DNA from: Synergistales bacterium
Lineage (GTDB): Bacteria > Synergistota > Synergistia > Synergistales > JAFGMB01
Direction: 5' to 3'
Assembly (NCBI GenBank): GCA_963666205.1
Contig: OY762654.1
Span: 192,001 to 256,000 of the forward strand
DNA: 64,000 bases
The notes beneath the pieces are model-generated. The model was not told the origin of the DNA. It searched no databases and was given only the letters and a program-made list of their open reading frames with translations. This document shows positions 49,982 through 60,746 of this stretch, in pieces; the first letter of the stretch is position 1; the number at the start of each line of letters is the position of its first letter. Both the position numbers and the translations under genes were made by a program.

Positions 49982-52348
49982 TTATAGCTGTCCACGTAGA
50001 CTGTTAAGAAGAATTTTCTGTTCAACAGATGCAACAAGTTTTCTCGTGTAAGAAACAGTGTCCGGGTTGATACTCATACTATCTATACCCTGGCGTACAA
50101 GGAATTCTGCAAAGTCCGGGTACAGTGACGGGCCCTGACCGCATATGGAACATGTCTTTCCATACTTGTGGGCTGCCTTGATAAGTATCTCAATAGCCCT
50201 CTGGACGGAGATGTTTCTCTCATCAAAATAGCCCATATTATTAAGTATACCTGAATCTCTGTCCACTCCCATAACCAGCTGGGTAAGATCATTACTCCCA
50301 ATACTGAATCCGTCAACAAGCTGGGCAAATTCCTCTGCTGCAAAAACAACGGATGGAACTTCGGCCATTATCCATAGTTTGAAAGAAGAGTTCTGAATCA
50401 GGCCTTCAGAGGCCATAATAGCTTTGACCCGCTCAAGTTCCCAAGTGGTCCTGACAAAGGGAAGCATCACCCAGACGTTGATAAGGCCATACTCTTCACG
50501 AACCTTCCTTATTGCATTGCATTCCAGCCTGAAACCTTTCTCGTATTCAGGTGATATATATCGGGAGACTCCACGCCAACCTATCATAGGATTGTTCTCT
50601 ATCGGTTCAACTTCTTCTCCGCCCTTCAGTCCCCTGAATTCATTGGTTCTGAAATCACTCATCCTGACAACAATGGGTCTTGGATAGATCTGCTGGGCAA
50701 CTGAGGTAATCCCTTCAGCCATTTTTTCAATAAGCAGTTTCCCCTGTCCTGTTTTAACCAGATACATGGGATGGATCCCCACCATATTGGTAAAGATGAA
50801 CTCGGTACGCATAAGGCCGATCCCGTCAAAGGGAAGCCCAAGATACTTGTTTATAATAGAGGGTTCACCGAGGTTCATATATATCTTTGTCCCGGTAATG
50901 GGAGCAAGCTTGTTAACAAGGTCAGCAGATGCGATCTGGGTGGAGGGTTCACTGACCTTTGCAGCCTCTTCAACTGCGGCCTGCGTTTTACCTTCAAAGA
51001 CAACACCCCTTGTGGCATCCACTGTTACGATCATACCTTCCTCCAGGTTCGTGGTACCACTCTTCGAACCAACAATACATGGTATTCCCAGTTCTCTGGA
51101 AACTATGGCAGCATGGCAGGTTCTTCCACCTTCATCTGTGACCACAGCGGCAGCTTTTCTCATGGCTGGAACCATGTCAGGGTTGGTCATGCCAGTTACA
51201 AGGATGTCACCTTCGGTGACCCTTGCTATCTCATTGAGGTCTTTGATTATTATGACAGGACCGGAAGCTATACCGGGTGATGCTGCCAATCCCCGGACAA
51301 GTACGTTCAGTTTTTCTTCCCTAGGAGTATCCATTTCTGCTTTTACCTCCCCAAGAGTTGTAATGGGTCGAGCCTGAAGAATATAAAGTTCATTCGTATC
51401 ATTATCCAGAGCCCATTCAATATCCATCGGTTGAGAATAGATCTCTTCTATGGCTATTGCTGCACCATATAATTCCATTAATTCTTTCTGAACAAGAGAA
51501 CTTTCACTAACTGCAGCAGCTCCCAGGTAGTCCTTTACAGGTACATCAGTTGTACCGATACCATCATCCCTGTTCACTATCATCAGGTTCTTTTCAGCTA
51601 TGAACTGATCCTTGATCGCGAATTCCTTTTTATCCAGAATGTATTCATCCGGGGTTACACTGCCAGAAACCACCGCCTCGCCAAGCCCCCAGCTTGAGTT
51701 GATCATAATCTCATTACGATCATTGGAAACCGGGTTAGCAGTAAACATTACTCCAGCCTTGGCGCTATTCACCATTTTCTGAACGACGGCGCTTAAAGAG
51801 ACATCAAAGTGGTCATAGCCCTGTTGTTCCCTGTAATACGTTGCTCTTGCAGTCCAGAGGGAAGCCCAGCATCTCTTTACATGGCTTATGACCTCAACAT
51901 TGGTATGGATATGAAGATAGGTATCCTGCTGACCAGCGAATGAAGCATCTGGAAGGTCCTCCGCAGTGGCAGAGCTTCTGACCGCCACTTCGAGGTCCTT
52001 AAGATGGCATCGTTCACATAGTTCATCGTAGGCTGAACTGATCTCATTTTCAATCTCAACAGGAGTAGTTGATCCCAGAATAAGATCTCTGATTTCTGTG
52101 CACTTGCTGAAAAGTTCGTCCGAATTCTCAAAATGGATGGATGAAATGATACTTCGTATCTGATCCCTGAGTCCGACCTTTTCTATAAAATCCGAATAAG
52201 CTCCGGAAGTTACACAAAAACCTGGTGGAACCTTTGCACCATGAGATGTAAGTTCCCCCAGATTTGCCCCTTTCCCACCTACAAGAGGAATATCCTTTTT
52301 GGATATTTCATTGAACCACTTGATGTATTTACGGGTCAATTTGAACAA
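49982..52348 (-). CDS. ppsA: Phosphoenolpyruvate synthase (pyruvate, water dikinase)
   Basis: VGGKGANLGE, AVRSSATAEDL, SFAGQQDT, phospho-His GRTCHAAI, SIGSNDLTQ. Confidence 0.93.
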   Translation of the reverse strand: MFKLTRKYIKWFNEISKKDIPLVGGKGANLGELTSHGAKVPPGFCVTSGAYSDFIEKVGLRDQIRSIISSIHFENSDELFSKCTEIRDLILGSTTPVEIENEISSAYDELCERCHLKDLEVAVRSSATAEDLPDASFAGQQDTYLHIHTNVEVISHVKRCWASLWTARATYYREQQGYDHFDVSLSAVVQKMVNSAKAGVMFTANPVSNDRNEIMINSSWGLGEAVVSGSVTPDEYILDKKEFAIKDQFIAEKNLMIVNRDDGIGTTDVPVKDYLGAAAVSESSLVQKELMELYGAAIAIEEIYSQPMDIEWALDNDTNELYILQARPITTLGEVKAEMDTPREEKLNVLVRGLAASPGIASGPVIIIKDLNEIARVTEGDILVTGMTNPDMVPAMRKAAAVVTDEGGRTCHAAIVSRELGIPCIVGSKSGTTNLEEGMIVTVDATRGVVFEGKTQAAVEEAAKVSEPSTQIASADLVNKLAPITGTKIYMNLGEPSIINKYLGLPFDGIGLMRTEFIFTNMVGIHPMYLVKTGQGKLLIEKMAEGITSVAQQIYPRPIVVRMSDFRTNEFRGLKGGEEVEPIENNPMIGWRGVSRYISPEYEKGFRLECNAIRKVREEYGLINVWVMLPFVRTTWELERVKAIMASEGLIQNSSFKLWIMAEVPSVVFAAEEFAQLVDGFSIGSNDLTQLVMGVDRDSGILNNMGYFDERNISVQRAIEILIKAAHKYGKTCSICGQGPSLYPDFAEFLVRQGIDSMSINPDTVSYTRKLVASVEQKILLNSLRGQL

Positions 52349-52356
52349 CCCCCTTC

Positions 52357-55017
52357 TTATTTTATAAGGCCCAACTGAGCATGAGCTGCAGAGATTCTAG
52401 CTACCGGAACTCTGTAAGGAGAACAGCTTACATAATTCAACCCCAGAGAGTGACAGAAGGCAATACTATCCGGATCTCCTCCATGTTCACCACATATACC
52501 AACGGACATCTCGGGTCTGACTTTTCTTCCCTTTCGAACGGCAAGGGACATGAGGAATCCGACCCCTTTCCTGTCGATGCTATTGAAGGGATTTCTATTC
52601 ATAATCCCCTTTGCCACATACTTAAGAAGGAACTTGGCCTCCGCATCGTCTCTGGATATTCCAAGGGTTGTCTGAGTAAGATCATTGGTACCGAAACTGA
52701 AGAATTCGGCTTCCTCCGCGAGTTCATCTGCCACACAGGCTGCCCTGGGTAATTCTATCATGGTTCCTGTTTTATAATACAGGTCAAGTCCGGAACGTTT
52801 CTGATAATCTGTGGCGATCTGTCTTATCATTTCCTTTATTGATAAGAATTCTTCCTTAACACTAACCAGGGGGACCATTATTTCCGGTGCCGCTTCTATG
52901 CCATTATTCTTCACTTCAACAAGGGCTTCAAAAATAGCCCGGATCTGCATTTGATATATCTCTGGATGGATTATGCCCAGACGGCAACCCCTGAAACCCA
53001 TCATTGGATTGGCTTCTCGTAAAGAACGGACCATATCAATGGCTTTATGCACCTTTTCATCTTCCAGACTGTTGCGGAAACCGCTTTCTTCAAGATCAGC
53101 AAGATACCCCATCAGTTCTTCTTCTTTTGGGAGAAATTCATGGAGAGGCGGATCAAGAAGGCGTATTATGACCGGGAGTCCATCCATAGCCCTGAATATG
53201 CTTTTGAAGTCTTCCTTCTGCATCGCCTGAAGTCTGTCAAGCTTTGCCCTCCTGTCATCCGGGTTATCTGATATGATCATTTCCTGCATGACAGGCAATC
53301 TGTCCACAGCCATAAACATGTGTTCCGTTCGGCACAGACCGATCCCTTTGGCTCCGAAGTCCTTCGCCCTCAAAGCATCATCTGGAGTATCTGAATTTGC
53401 CCAGACTTCAAGTGCAGCTATGTCATCACACCATTTAAGAAAGGTCTCAAACTCCGGGCTTATTGAAGCTTTGACAAGAGGGACTTCACCAAGAACTATC
53501 TTTCCAGTACTTCCATCTATGGAAAGAATTTCTCCTTTGGTTATTGTTGTATTACCAACTCTTATGACCTCATTTTCAAGATCCACATCCAACTCTTCAC
53601 ACCCGCTGACACATGGTTTCCCAAGTCCCCTTGCAACAACTGCAGCATGACTGGTCATGCCCCCACGGCTGGTGACAACTCCTTCAGCTGCATAGAGCCC
53701 ATGGACATCATCGGGTGTAGTTTCCGGACGGGCAAGGATGACACTTATACCCTCCTCTTTCATTTTTACTGCAACGTCGGGGTCAAAAACGACCTGACCT
53801 ACAGCCGCACCAGGGGATGCAGGCAGTCCTGACGCAATTATTGAGACATCCGCATCGGGATCAAACTGATCGTGTAGTAAAAGTTCTACCTGTCCAGGAG
53901 TTACCCTTGAAACTGCAATTCTATGGTCAATAAGGCCTTCCGAAACCATCTCGACACCGATACGGACGGCAGCCGCAGCACTCCTTTTGCCTGTTCTGGT
54001 CTGAAGAATATATAACTTGCCATTTTCTATTGTAAATTCTATGTCCTGCATGTCCCTGTAAAAGGATTCAAGAGAATAACAGATCTTGAAAAGCTCCTCG
54101 TAGATCTTGGGAAATATCTCTTTAAGCCTTGAAATATCCATGGGTGTACGGATACCGGCCACAACATCCTCGCCCTGGGCATTGACCAGGAATTCACCGT
54201 AGAGGTCCCTGGATCCTGTGGCAGGATTCCTGGTAAAACATACACCTGTCCCTGAAGTATTACTGGAATTGCCAAAGACCATGGCAACTACGTTTACGGC
54301 AGTTCCGAGATCATCCGGAATGGAATGGATCTTCCTGTAGGTTTTAGCTCTCTGATTGTTCCAGCTGTCAAAAACGGCTTCTGTAGCACTTTTAAGCTGT
54401 ACCCAGGGATCTTCGGGAAAATCTGTATAAGTCCTGCTCCTGTATATCTCGAGAAATTCACTTACCAGTTCTTCAAGGGCTTTTGCACTGATTTCATGAT
54501 CATAATTAACATTTTCCTTCTGTCTGACTTTTTTGAGGGCTGATTCAAAAACCTCGCTGTCGATTCCCATTACGACGTTGGAATACATCTGGATAAACCT
54601 TCGATAGCTATCAAAGGCAAACCGTCTGTCCCCGGAAATGCTGGCCATGGTTTCAACTGTTATACTATTAAGACCAAGATTCAGGATAGTATCCATCATT
54701 CCCGGCATGGAAATGGGTGCTCCTGAACGGACAGATACGAGGAGCGGGTTATCATGACCCCCGAATATTTTGCCCGTTTCATTCTCAATTGATCTCACAG
54801 CAGAAAGAACATCATGCCATATACCCTCAAGGAATTCCGGACCTGAACGGAGATATTGCAGGCATGCCGAGGTTGTGATAGTAAAACCAGGTGGCACGGG
54901 AATACCATTAACAGTCATCTGAGCAAGATTTGCTCCTTTTCCTCCCAGAAGTGCTTTCATCCCTGAATTTCCTTCACTGAAGTTATAGACATATTTTGAA
55001 TCTGGACTTTCAACCAT
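52357..55017 (-). CDS. ppdK: Pyruvate, phosphate dikinase
   Basis: LLVSVRSGA, MPGMMDT, GEDVVAG, GMTSHAAVVARG, CRTEHMF, SFGTNDLTQ, CGEHGG. Confidence 0.97.
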   Translation of the reverse strand: MVESPDSKYVYNFSEGNSGMKALLGGKGANLAQMTVNGIPVPPGFTITTSACLQYLRSGPEFLEGIWHDVLSAVRSIENETGKIFGGHDNPLLVSVRSGAPISMPGMMDTILNLGLNSITVETMASISGDRRFAFDSYRRFIQMYSNVVMGIDSEVFESALKKVRQKENVNYDHEISAKALEELVSEFLEIYRSRTYTDFPEDPWVQLKSATEAVFDSWNNQRAKTYRKIHSIPDDLGTAVNVVAMVFGNSSNTSGTGVCFTRNPATGSRDLYGEFLVNAQGEDVVAGIRTPMDISRLKEIFPKIYEELFKICYSLESFYRDMQDIEFTIENGKLYILQTRTGKRSAAAAVRIGVEMVSEGLIDHRIAVSRVTPGQVELLLHDQFDPDADVSIIASGLPASPGAAVGQVVFDPDVAVKMKEEGISVILARPETTPDDVHGLYAAEGVVTSRGGMTSHAAVVARGLGKPCVSGCEELDVDLENEVIRVGNTTITKGEILSIDGSTGKIVLGEVPLVKASISPEFETFLKWCDDIAALEVWANSDTPDDALRAKDFGAKGIGLCRTEHMFMAVDRLPVMQEMIISDNPDDRRAKLDRLQAMQKEDFKSIFRAMDGLPVIIRLLDPPLHEFLPKEEELMGYLADLEESGFRNSLEDEKVHKAIDMVRSLREANPMMGFRGCRLGIIHPEIYQMQIRAIFEALVEVKNNGIEAAPEIMVPLVSVKEEFLSIKEMIRQIATDYQKRSGLDLYYKTGTMIELPRAACVADELAEEAEFFSFGTNDLTQTTLGISRDDAEAKFLLKYVAKGIMNRNPFNSIDRKGVGFLMSLAVRKGRKVRPEMSVGICGEHGGDPDSIAFCHSLGLNYVSCSPYRVPVARISAAHAQLGLIK

Positions 55018-55051
55018 CGGACATCCCTCCTTAAAGTTACATGGGACCGGC

Positions 55052-55870
55052 TCAGAGCTTCAGATAGGAGATAACCTCCTGTGCAGTCTCTTCTATGGCC
55101 TTATCAGTTACATCAAAGACCCTGCATCCGATCTGTCTCATCAGATCCCTTGCATACTGAATTTCTGCTTCCACATGTTCTATCCTTGCATATGATGAAG
55201 TCTCGGGATCAAGGCCTATCATCTGAAGACGTTCCTTTCGAACCTGCTGCAGTTTCTGTGGTTTTATGGTAAGACCTACCACCTTCTCATGATCTATTGA
55301 AAAGAGTTCTTTTGGGGGTTCAAGTTCCGGGACAATAGGTATGTTTGCTGTCATTATACCCTTGTGGGCAAGGTACATCGAAAGAGGGGTCTTGCATGTT
55401 CTGGATACTCCCAGCACTACGATCTCCGCTTCCGGAAGAAGGTGTGTGTTACTTCCATCATCACATGCAATCGAGAATTCAACAGCCTTCACTCTCTTGA
55501 AATAGGCTTCATCCATCTGATGTGCAAGACCCGGTTTTTCTAGAGGGACCATTTCCAGTTTTTCAGAAAACATATCCAGTATTGGTCCAAGAACATCTAT
55601 TATGGTAATTCCCATGACTCTTCCCTTGTTTATAAACCAGGTACGCACATCATGGTCTACAAGAGTACAGGTTATAATTGCATTCAGGTTTTTAGCTTCT
55701 TCAAGAACAGTCCTGCCCCTGGTTTCGTTGTTGATGTATCTGTATCGCGTTATCTTTACAGGTGCATTCGTAAACTGTCTTATTGCTGCTTTGGTAACAC
55801 TTTCGATGGTCTCACCAGTGAAGTCTGAAACTACAAAGACCTCAAGAGAATTGTTTTCATTATATTTCAT
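55052..55870 (-). CDS. ppsR: PPDK/PEPS regulatory kinase-pyrophosphorylase (DUF299)
   Basis: VSDFTGET, YFKRVKAVEF, GVSRTCKTP, ANIP, KAIEETA. Confidence 0.92.
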   Translation of the reverse strand: MKYNENNSLEVFVVSDFTGETIESVTKAAIRQFTNAPVKITRYRYINNETRGRTVLEEAKNLNAIITCTLVDHDVRTWFINKGRVMGITIIDVLGPILDMFSEKLEMVPLEKPGLAHQMDEAYFKRVKAVEFSIACDDGSNTHLLPEAEIVVLGVSRTCKTPLSMYLAHKGIMTANIPIVPELEPPKELFSIDHEKVVGLTIKPQKLQQVRKERLQMIGLDPETSSYARIEHVEAEIQYARDLMRQIGCRVFDVTDKAIEETAQEVISYLKL

Positions 55871-56004
55871 GGAAGATATCCGACCTTTCCATTAGTTGAG
55901 AAGCACCGTACAGGTTAATTATTAATATCATAACATGGTAAAGTGTCCTTTTCATGCATTTTTTGCACCTTCATTCTTTCAACCGGATTATCAGGCGTAG
56001 AATA

Positions 56005-56036
56005 AAGATAAAGGGACTCCCCTTGGGGAGCCCCTT
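56005..56036 (-). terminator. Intrinsic terminator after glyS
   Basis: Minus strand AAGGGGCTCCC-CAAG-GGGAGTCCCTT followed by TATCTTT. Confidence 0.65.
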
Positions 56037-56059
56037 GGTTGATTTTCCGGAATCGTGCC

Positions 56060-58123
56060 TCAGACCTTAAGGGTTCCGAGATCACCGGCTTTCCTGAATA
56101 GATCGTTGCACTTCCTGAGAAGAGCAAGCCTGTTATTGCGTATTTTTTCATCTTCATCCATTACAAGAACGTTGTCAAAAAAAGCTTTGATAGAAGGAGA
56201 AAGTCTTGAAAGAAGAGATGTAAGTCCTTTCCAGTCTGAACATGAAACAGACTCCTGTACCAGTGGAGTAAGTTCCATAATTCTTTCATAGAGTGTCTTC
56301 TCCTGGTCTTCCCTGAGGAGTTCCACATCTGTGTCAGGTCCCTGATCTGGGACCTTGGAGAGTATGTTCCTCACTCTAACAGCTGCAGTAACGAGATCTA
56401 TAAACCATGATTCATTCTGAACAGCTGCAAAGGTCTCAAGAAGTCTGAATACCTGAAGAGGTCTGTTCCCGATAAGTGATATTCCCATACTGACCATTCC
56501 ATGGGTAAAGTCTTTCTCCTTCAACTGCATGAGAAGCCGCTGTCTTAGAAAAGCAAGGATATCGTTTAGCACAGAGTCAGAAGCGTGTAGTTCTTTACAG
56601 GCCGACTGCATCGCCAGGTCTATATCCAGATCAAGATCCATTCCCCATAATATTTCATTAATGCATCTGGCAGCCCTTCTTAGACCATAGGGATCCTGGG
56701 ATCCCGATCCCTGCAGGTCAGCCTTGAAACAACTGACCATATTATAAATTCTTTCGGAAAGGCCGAGAATTGCACCAGGTACCTGGGTGGGGATGATATC
56801 TCCGGCAGATTTGGGAAGATACTGTTCATACAGGGCAATAGCTACTTCTTCCGGTTCATTCTGCTGTCTCGCATATTCTCTGGCCATAATTCCCTGAAGC
56901 TCTGGAAATTCAAAGACCATGTTTGTAAGCAGATCGGTCTTGGCAAGAATGGCAGCCCTGTCCACGATCTGGGAAAGTTTCTCATAACCCAGATGTTCAC
57001 AGAGTCTCGATGCTATGACTCTCGTGAACATTACCTTATCATAGAGTGTCCCGATCTTTTCCTGATAAACCACGTTCCGGAGTTGGTCAACCTTTGACGA
57101 GAGGGGTTTCTTTCGGTCTTCATTCCAGAAGAAGGAGGCATCAGATAGCCGTGCCCGGAGAACTCTTTCATTGCCTTCCCTGACCACCTGCATATTTGTA
57201 GCTCTGTTATTACTGACACCGACAAAATAGGGAAGAAGTCTACCATTGCTGTCCCTGACCGGGAAATACTTCTGGTGATGGATCATAGTCGTTGTCAGGA
57301 CTTCTTCCGGCATCTGCAGATAAGACTTATCGAAAGCACCAAAGAAAGGTACCGGGTATTCTACAAGAAAAAGGTTTTCCTCAACGAGTCTTGGGGATAT
57401 ATCCGCTTTCCCGTCAAGTTCTTTTTCAATGGTAGAAATACCGCAAAGCATCTTTTCCTTCCTCTTTTCCTGGTCTACGATGACATAATTATCATAAAGC
57501 TTTCCCATATACTCATCGAAACGGGACACTTCAATACATTTTGATCCCATGAATCTGTGACCGCGTGTTATTCTCCCGGATTCGATATCTGCGAAGGTAA
57601 AGGGTATCACTTTATCTTCAAGAAGACAGAGGATCCATCGTATGGGCCGGGCAAAACGAATGGAAGGGTTATTCCAATACATGTTTTTGGGAAAAACAAG
57701 CTTCCCTATAATATCCTTCATGATCCCGGGAAGGAGCTCCTCAGTCCTGCAGCCAGGTTCAGAAACGACTGCATAAGCATACTCAATTCCACCGACTTTT
57801 CTTGTCTGGAGGGATTCAAAATCCACATTTTTACTCCTGGCAAAACCAAGGGCAGCTTTGGTGGGATTGCCGTTCAGGTCAAAAGCCTGCTCCCATTTAG
57901 GCCCTTTATATTCATTGATCACATCTTCCTGATTTTCAGACAGTGCCTTTATCACAAGGACAATACGTCTTGGAGTGCCATAAGAAGCCAGGTCATCAAA
58001 AGCTATGCGTTGATCACTGAGTAATTTACGGGCATGGTTTTTCAGTTCCGCCAGTACATCGGGCATAAAACGTGAGGGGATCTCTTCAGTCCCTATCTCC
58101 AATACAAGATTACCTTTGGTCAT
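56060..58123 (-). CDS. glyS: Glycine--tRNA ligase beta subunit
   Basis: EIGTEEIP, TPRR, FARPIRW, EFPELQG, SQDPYGLRR, NRLALL; start set at MTKGN. Confidence 0.96.
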   Translation of the reverse strand: MTKGNLVLEIGTEEIPSRFMPDVLAELKNHARKLLSDQRIAFDDLASYGTPRRIVLVIKALSENQEDVINEYKGPKWEQAFDLNGNPTKAALGFARSKNVDFESLQTRKVGGIEYAYAVVSEPGCRTEELLPGIMKDIIGKLVFPKNMYWNNPSIRFARPIRWILCLLEDKVIPFTFADIESGRITRGHRFMGSKCIEVSRFDEYMGKLYDNYVIVDQEKRKEKMLCGISTIEKELDGKADISPRLVEENLFLVEYPVPFFGAFDKSYLQMPEEVLTTTMIHHQKYFPVRDSNGRLLPYFVGVSNNRATNMQVVREGNERVLRARLSDASFFWNEDRKKPLSSKVDQLRNVVYQEKIGTLYDKVMFTRVIASRLCEHLGYEKLSQIVDRAAILAKTDLLTNMVFEFPELQGIMAREYARQQNEPEEVAIALYEQYLPKSAGDIIPTQVPGAILGLSERIYNMVSCFKADLQGSGSQDPYGLRRAARCINEILWGMDLDLDIDLAMQSACKELHASDSVLNDILAFLRQRLLMQLKEKDFTHGMVSMGISLIGNRPLQVFRLLETFAAVQNESWFIDLVTAAVRVRNILSKVPDQGPDTDVELLREDQEKTLYERIMELTPLVQESVSCSDWKGLTSLLSRLSPSIKAFFDNVLVMDEDEKIRNNRLALLRKCNDLFRKAGDLGTLKV

Positions 58124-58139
58124 TAATTCCACCCCCGTC

Positions 58140-59024
58140 TCACTTGTTCGATCCAAGTTTATTTGTAAGAGGATAATTCATGGTTTTACGCTGTCTTATA
58201 TAAGCTTGTGCTGATTTTCCGGCAAGAGCTCTGATCCTTGAAATGTATCCTGTTCTCTCTGTAACGCTGATCGCATTGCGTGCATCGAGAAGGTTAAAGG
58301 TATGTGAACATTTCAGGACAAAGTCATAACCCGGAAGGACAAGTCCCTTTTCCAGAAGTCTGCCGGCTTCGGCTTCGTACATGGAGAAAAGCTTGAAAAG
58401 CATGGCTGGGTCAGATTCGTCAAAATTATAGATGGAGTGCTCAACCTCTCCCTGGTGATGGACATCTCCATAATTGAGTTTGTCATTCCAGGCAAGGTCA
58501 TAGACATTCTCCACTTTCTGGACATACATGGCAATACGTTCAATACCATAAGTAAGTTCAGCAGGTACCAGCTGCATATCCACTCCACCGACCTGTTGAA
58601 AATACGTGAATTGTGTAATTTCCATTCCATCAAGCCAGACTTCCCAGCCAAGACCCCATGCGCCCACTGTAGGAGATTCCCAGTCATCTTCAACAAATCT
58701 TATGTCGTGTTCGGAGGGATCTATGCCAAGAGCGACAAGACTTGCAATATAAAGATCCTGTATGTCCTCTGGTGCGGGTTGCATGATAACCTGGTACTGA
58801 TAGTAATGCTGGAGTCTGTTGGGGTTCTCCCCATAGCGCCCATCGGTGGGACGTCTTGAGGGTTCAACATAGGCAACTCTCCAGGGTTCGGGACCAAGGA
58901 CTCTGAGAGTCGTTGCGGGGTTCATGGTACCCGCTCCTACTTCAATATCGTAGGGCTGTTGAATCAAGCAATCCTGATCAGCCCAGAAACGTTCCAATCT
59001 AAAGATAATTTCCTGCAGGTTCAA
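58140..59024 (-). CDS. glyQ: Glycine--tRNA ligase alpha subunit
   Basis: [38 protein letters not shown]; start set at TTG 59024 after GGAGG. Confidence 0.97.
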   Translation of the reverse strand: MNLQEIIFRLERFWADQDCLIQQPYDIEVGAGTMNPATTLRVLGPEPWRVAYVEPSRRPTDGRYGENPNRLQHYYQYQVIMQPAPEDIQDLYIASLVALGIDPSEHDIRFVEDDWESPTVGAWGLGWEVWLDGMEITQFTYFQQVGGVDMQLVPAELTYGIERIAMYVQKVENVYDLAWNDKLNYGDVHHQGEVEHSIYNFDESDPAMLFKLFSMYEAEAGRLLEKGLVLPGYDFVLKCSHTFNLLDARNAISVTERTGYISRIRALAGKSAQAYIRQRKTMNYPLTNKLGSNK

Positions 59025-59089
59025 CCAGTTTTCCTCCAATCATTGTAATAACATAGTACCGATAAGTATTTGTATAACCTTTAACGATC

Positions 59090-59806
59090 TTATTTCATTC
59101 TTTCAAGAGCCTCTAAAAGTCTTCTGGAATTGAGCCTCCAGATTTCAGGTCTGACGCTGGTGAAGCAGGAATGTTCTTTCAGGATCGATTCGTGGGAAAA
59201 CATGGCTGCCATCCCAAGGACCTTAAGGATGTTCTCTTGAACTTCATTTTCAGGTCTACCAGATAAACAGGAAGAACAATAAATTGCCTCTGTAGACCAG
59301 ATACCTCTGGAAAGAAGATTCCCGCAACCGGGGCACGTTGTCAGATCTGGTGCAATTCCCCAAAGATTTAGCCATTTCCAGCAAAATCTCCAGTTTACCA
59401 TTTCAGGGTCAATGTTCTTGACAAGCAGAATAAATGACCAGTAAAGAATGCCAAGAAGTTTATCATCAGGATGAGCTTCTAGCAAATTTCTGGAAAGAAG
59501 TTTAAGCCATTGGAGGCTTATTTTCACCGCCTCATAGTTTTTTTTAAGTAACCATATATCATCTTTTACTTCAACCGATTTAAGATAAAACCGTTTTGTA
59601 CCCTTATATATCTGAAATATACCCCAGGTAAGCGGCTCGGTTGCTCCTCCAAAACGGACCTTGCCCTTCGCTGATCCCGGGGCATTAAGCCATACCGGCC
59701 CTATCTCTTTTAGAAATACATAGATGTTTATGTTACCCTCCGGCTGTATATTCCTTCTGAGAACAACTCCTGACGAAGTATAAAGACCCTGTCTGAAAGA
59801 ATCCAT
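59090..59806 (-). CDS. recO: DNA repair protein RecO
   Basis: GVVLR, ATEPL, zinc motif CPGCG...CSSC; lies between era and glyQ. Confidence 0.82.
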   Translation of the reverse strand: MDSFRQGLYTSSGVVLRRNIQPEGNINIYVFLKEIGPVWLNAPGSAKGKVRFGGATEPLTWGIFQIYKGTKRFYLKSVEVKDDIWLLKKNYEAVKISLQWLKLLSRNLLEAHPDDKLLGILYWSFILLVKNIDPEMVNWRFCWKWLNLWGIAPDLTTCPGCGNLLSRGIWSTEAIYCSSCLSGRPENEVQENILKVLGMAAMFSHESILKEHSCFTSVRPEIWRLNSRRLLEALERMK

Positions 59807-59811
59807 TTGCA

Positions 59812-60729
59812 CTAGTCCTTTGCGAATCCCATACGGCGAAGGTCCTGCTCTGAATGTCTCCATTTGGGTCTGACTTTTATCCACAGATCAAGATAAACCT
59901 TATAGCCTGTAAGTTTTTCGATCTCAATCCTGGAACGTCTGCCTATTTCCTTCAGTCGTTTACCGCCTTCTCCAATAACAATCGCTTTCTGTCCGGGTCG
60001 TTCAACGTAGATATCAGCCCTTATGTACAAATCCTTCCTTTCCGGATATTCATCCGGGCTTTTATAATCCTCTATCATCACCAGAATACTGTGAGGAACT
60101 TCCCTATGGGTCAGGGCAAGGATTTTTTCCCTGATCAGTTCAGATGCAAGAAAACGTTCCGATTTGTCTATAAGTATGTCATCAGGATAAAGTGGATATC
60201 CATAGGGAAGGATGGATGAAACCAGAGATACAAATTGATCAAGGTTATTTCTTTCTCTGGAGGAAAGGGCAATTATTCCGATATAGGAAGTTTCCTGGGA
60301 ATAAAGGCGTGTAACTTCCCTGATGATAGGCTGTGAATTCCGGATCTTGTCAGTTTTCGTTATTACAAGGAGGACTGGAGCCCTGACTCTTTTAAGAGTC
60401 TGTAATATTTTTTTATCTTCCTCACGAATACGTGTATCTGTTGCTTCTACAAGGTAACAGACAAGATCTGTATCCATCATGGAACTGGTTGCAGTATCAA
60501 CGAGAGCCTCTCCGAGTTTATGCTGGGGAATGTGTATACCCGGGGTATCTGTAAAAACTATCTGAAGATCAGGGCCATTGTAAACACAGGATATACTGTT
60601 ACGGGTAGTCTGTGGTTTGTCTGAAACGATGGTAACCTTGGTTTCCATAAGAGCATTTATAAGAGTTGATTTGCCAGCATTTGGCCTGCCAATGAGGGTT
60701 ACTATCCCACTTTTAAACTGGTTTAACAT
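59812..60729 (-). CDS. era: GTPase Era
   Basis: GRPNAGKST, PQTTR, DTPG, TKTD, KH domain IVIGEGG. Confidence 0.96.
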   Translation of the reverse strand: MLNQFKSGIVTLIGRPNAGKSTLINALMETKVTIVSDKPQTTRNSISCVYNGPDLQIVFTDTPGIHIPQHKLGEALVDTATSSMMDTDLVCYLVEATDTRIREEDKKILQTLKRVRAPVLLVITKTDKIRNSQPIIREVTRLYSQETSYIGIIALSSRERNNLDQFVSLVSSILPYGYPLYPDDILIDKSERFLASELIREKILALTHREVPHSILVMIEDYKSPDEYPERKDLYIRADIYVERPGQKAIVIGEGGKRLKEIGRRSRIEIEKLTGYKVYLDLWIKVRPKWRHSEQDLRRMGFAKD

Positions 60730-60746
60730 CCGGGCACAGATCCCTT

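Noticed and set aside
55915..56157. 80-aa ORF between glyS and ppsR
   Set aside because: It overlaps the glyS end and its terminator, and has no recognisable motif.
59040..59089. T-box leader upstream of glyQ (or of alaS)
   Set aside because: The intergenic spaces are far too short and no T-box motif is present.
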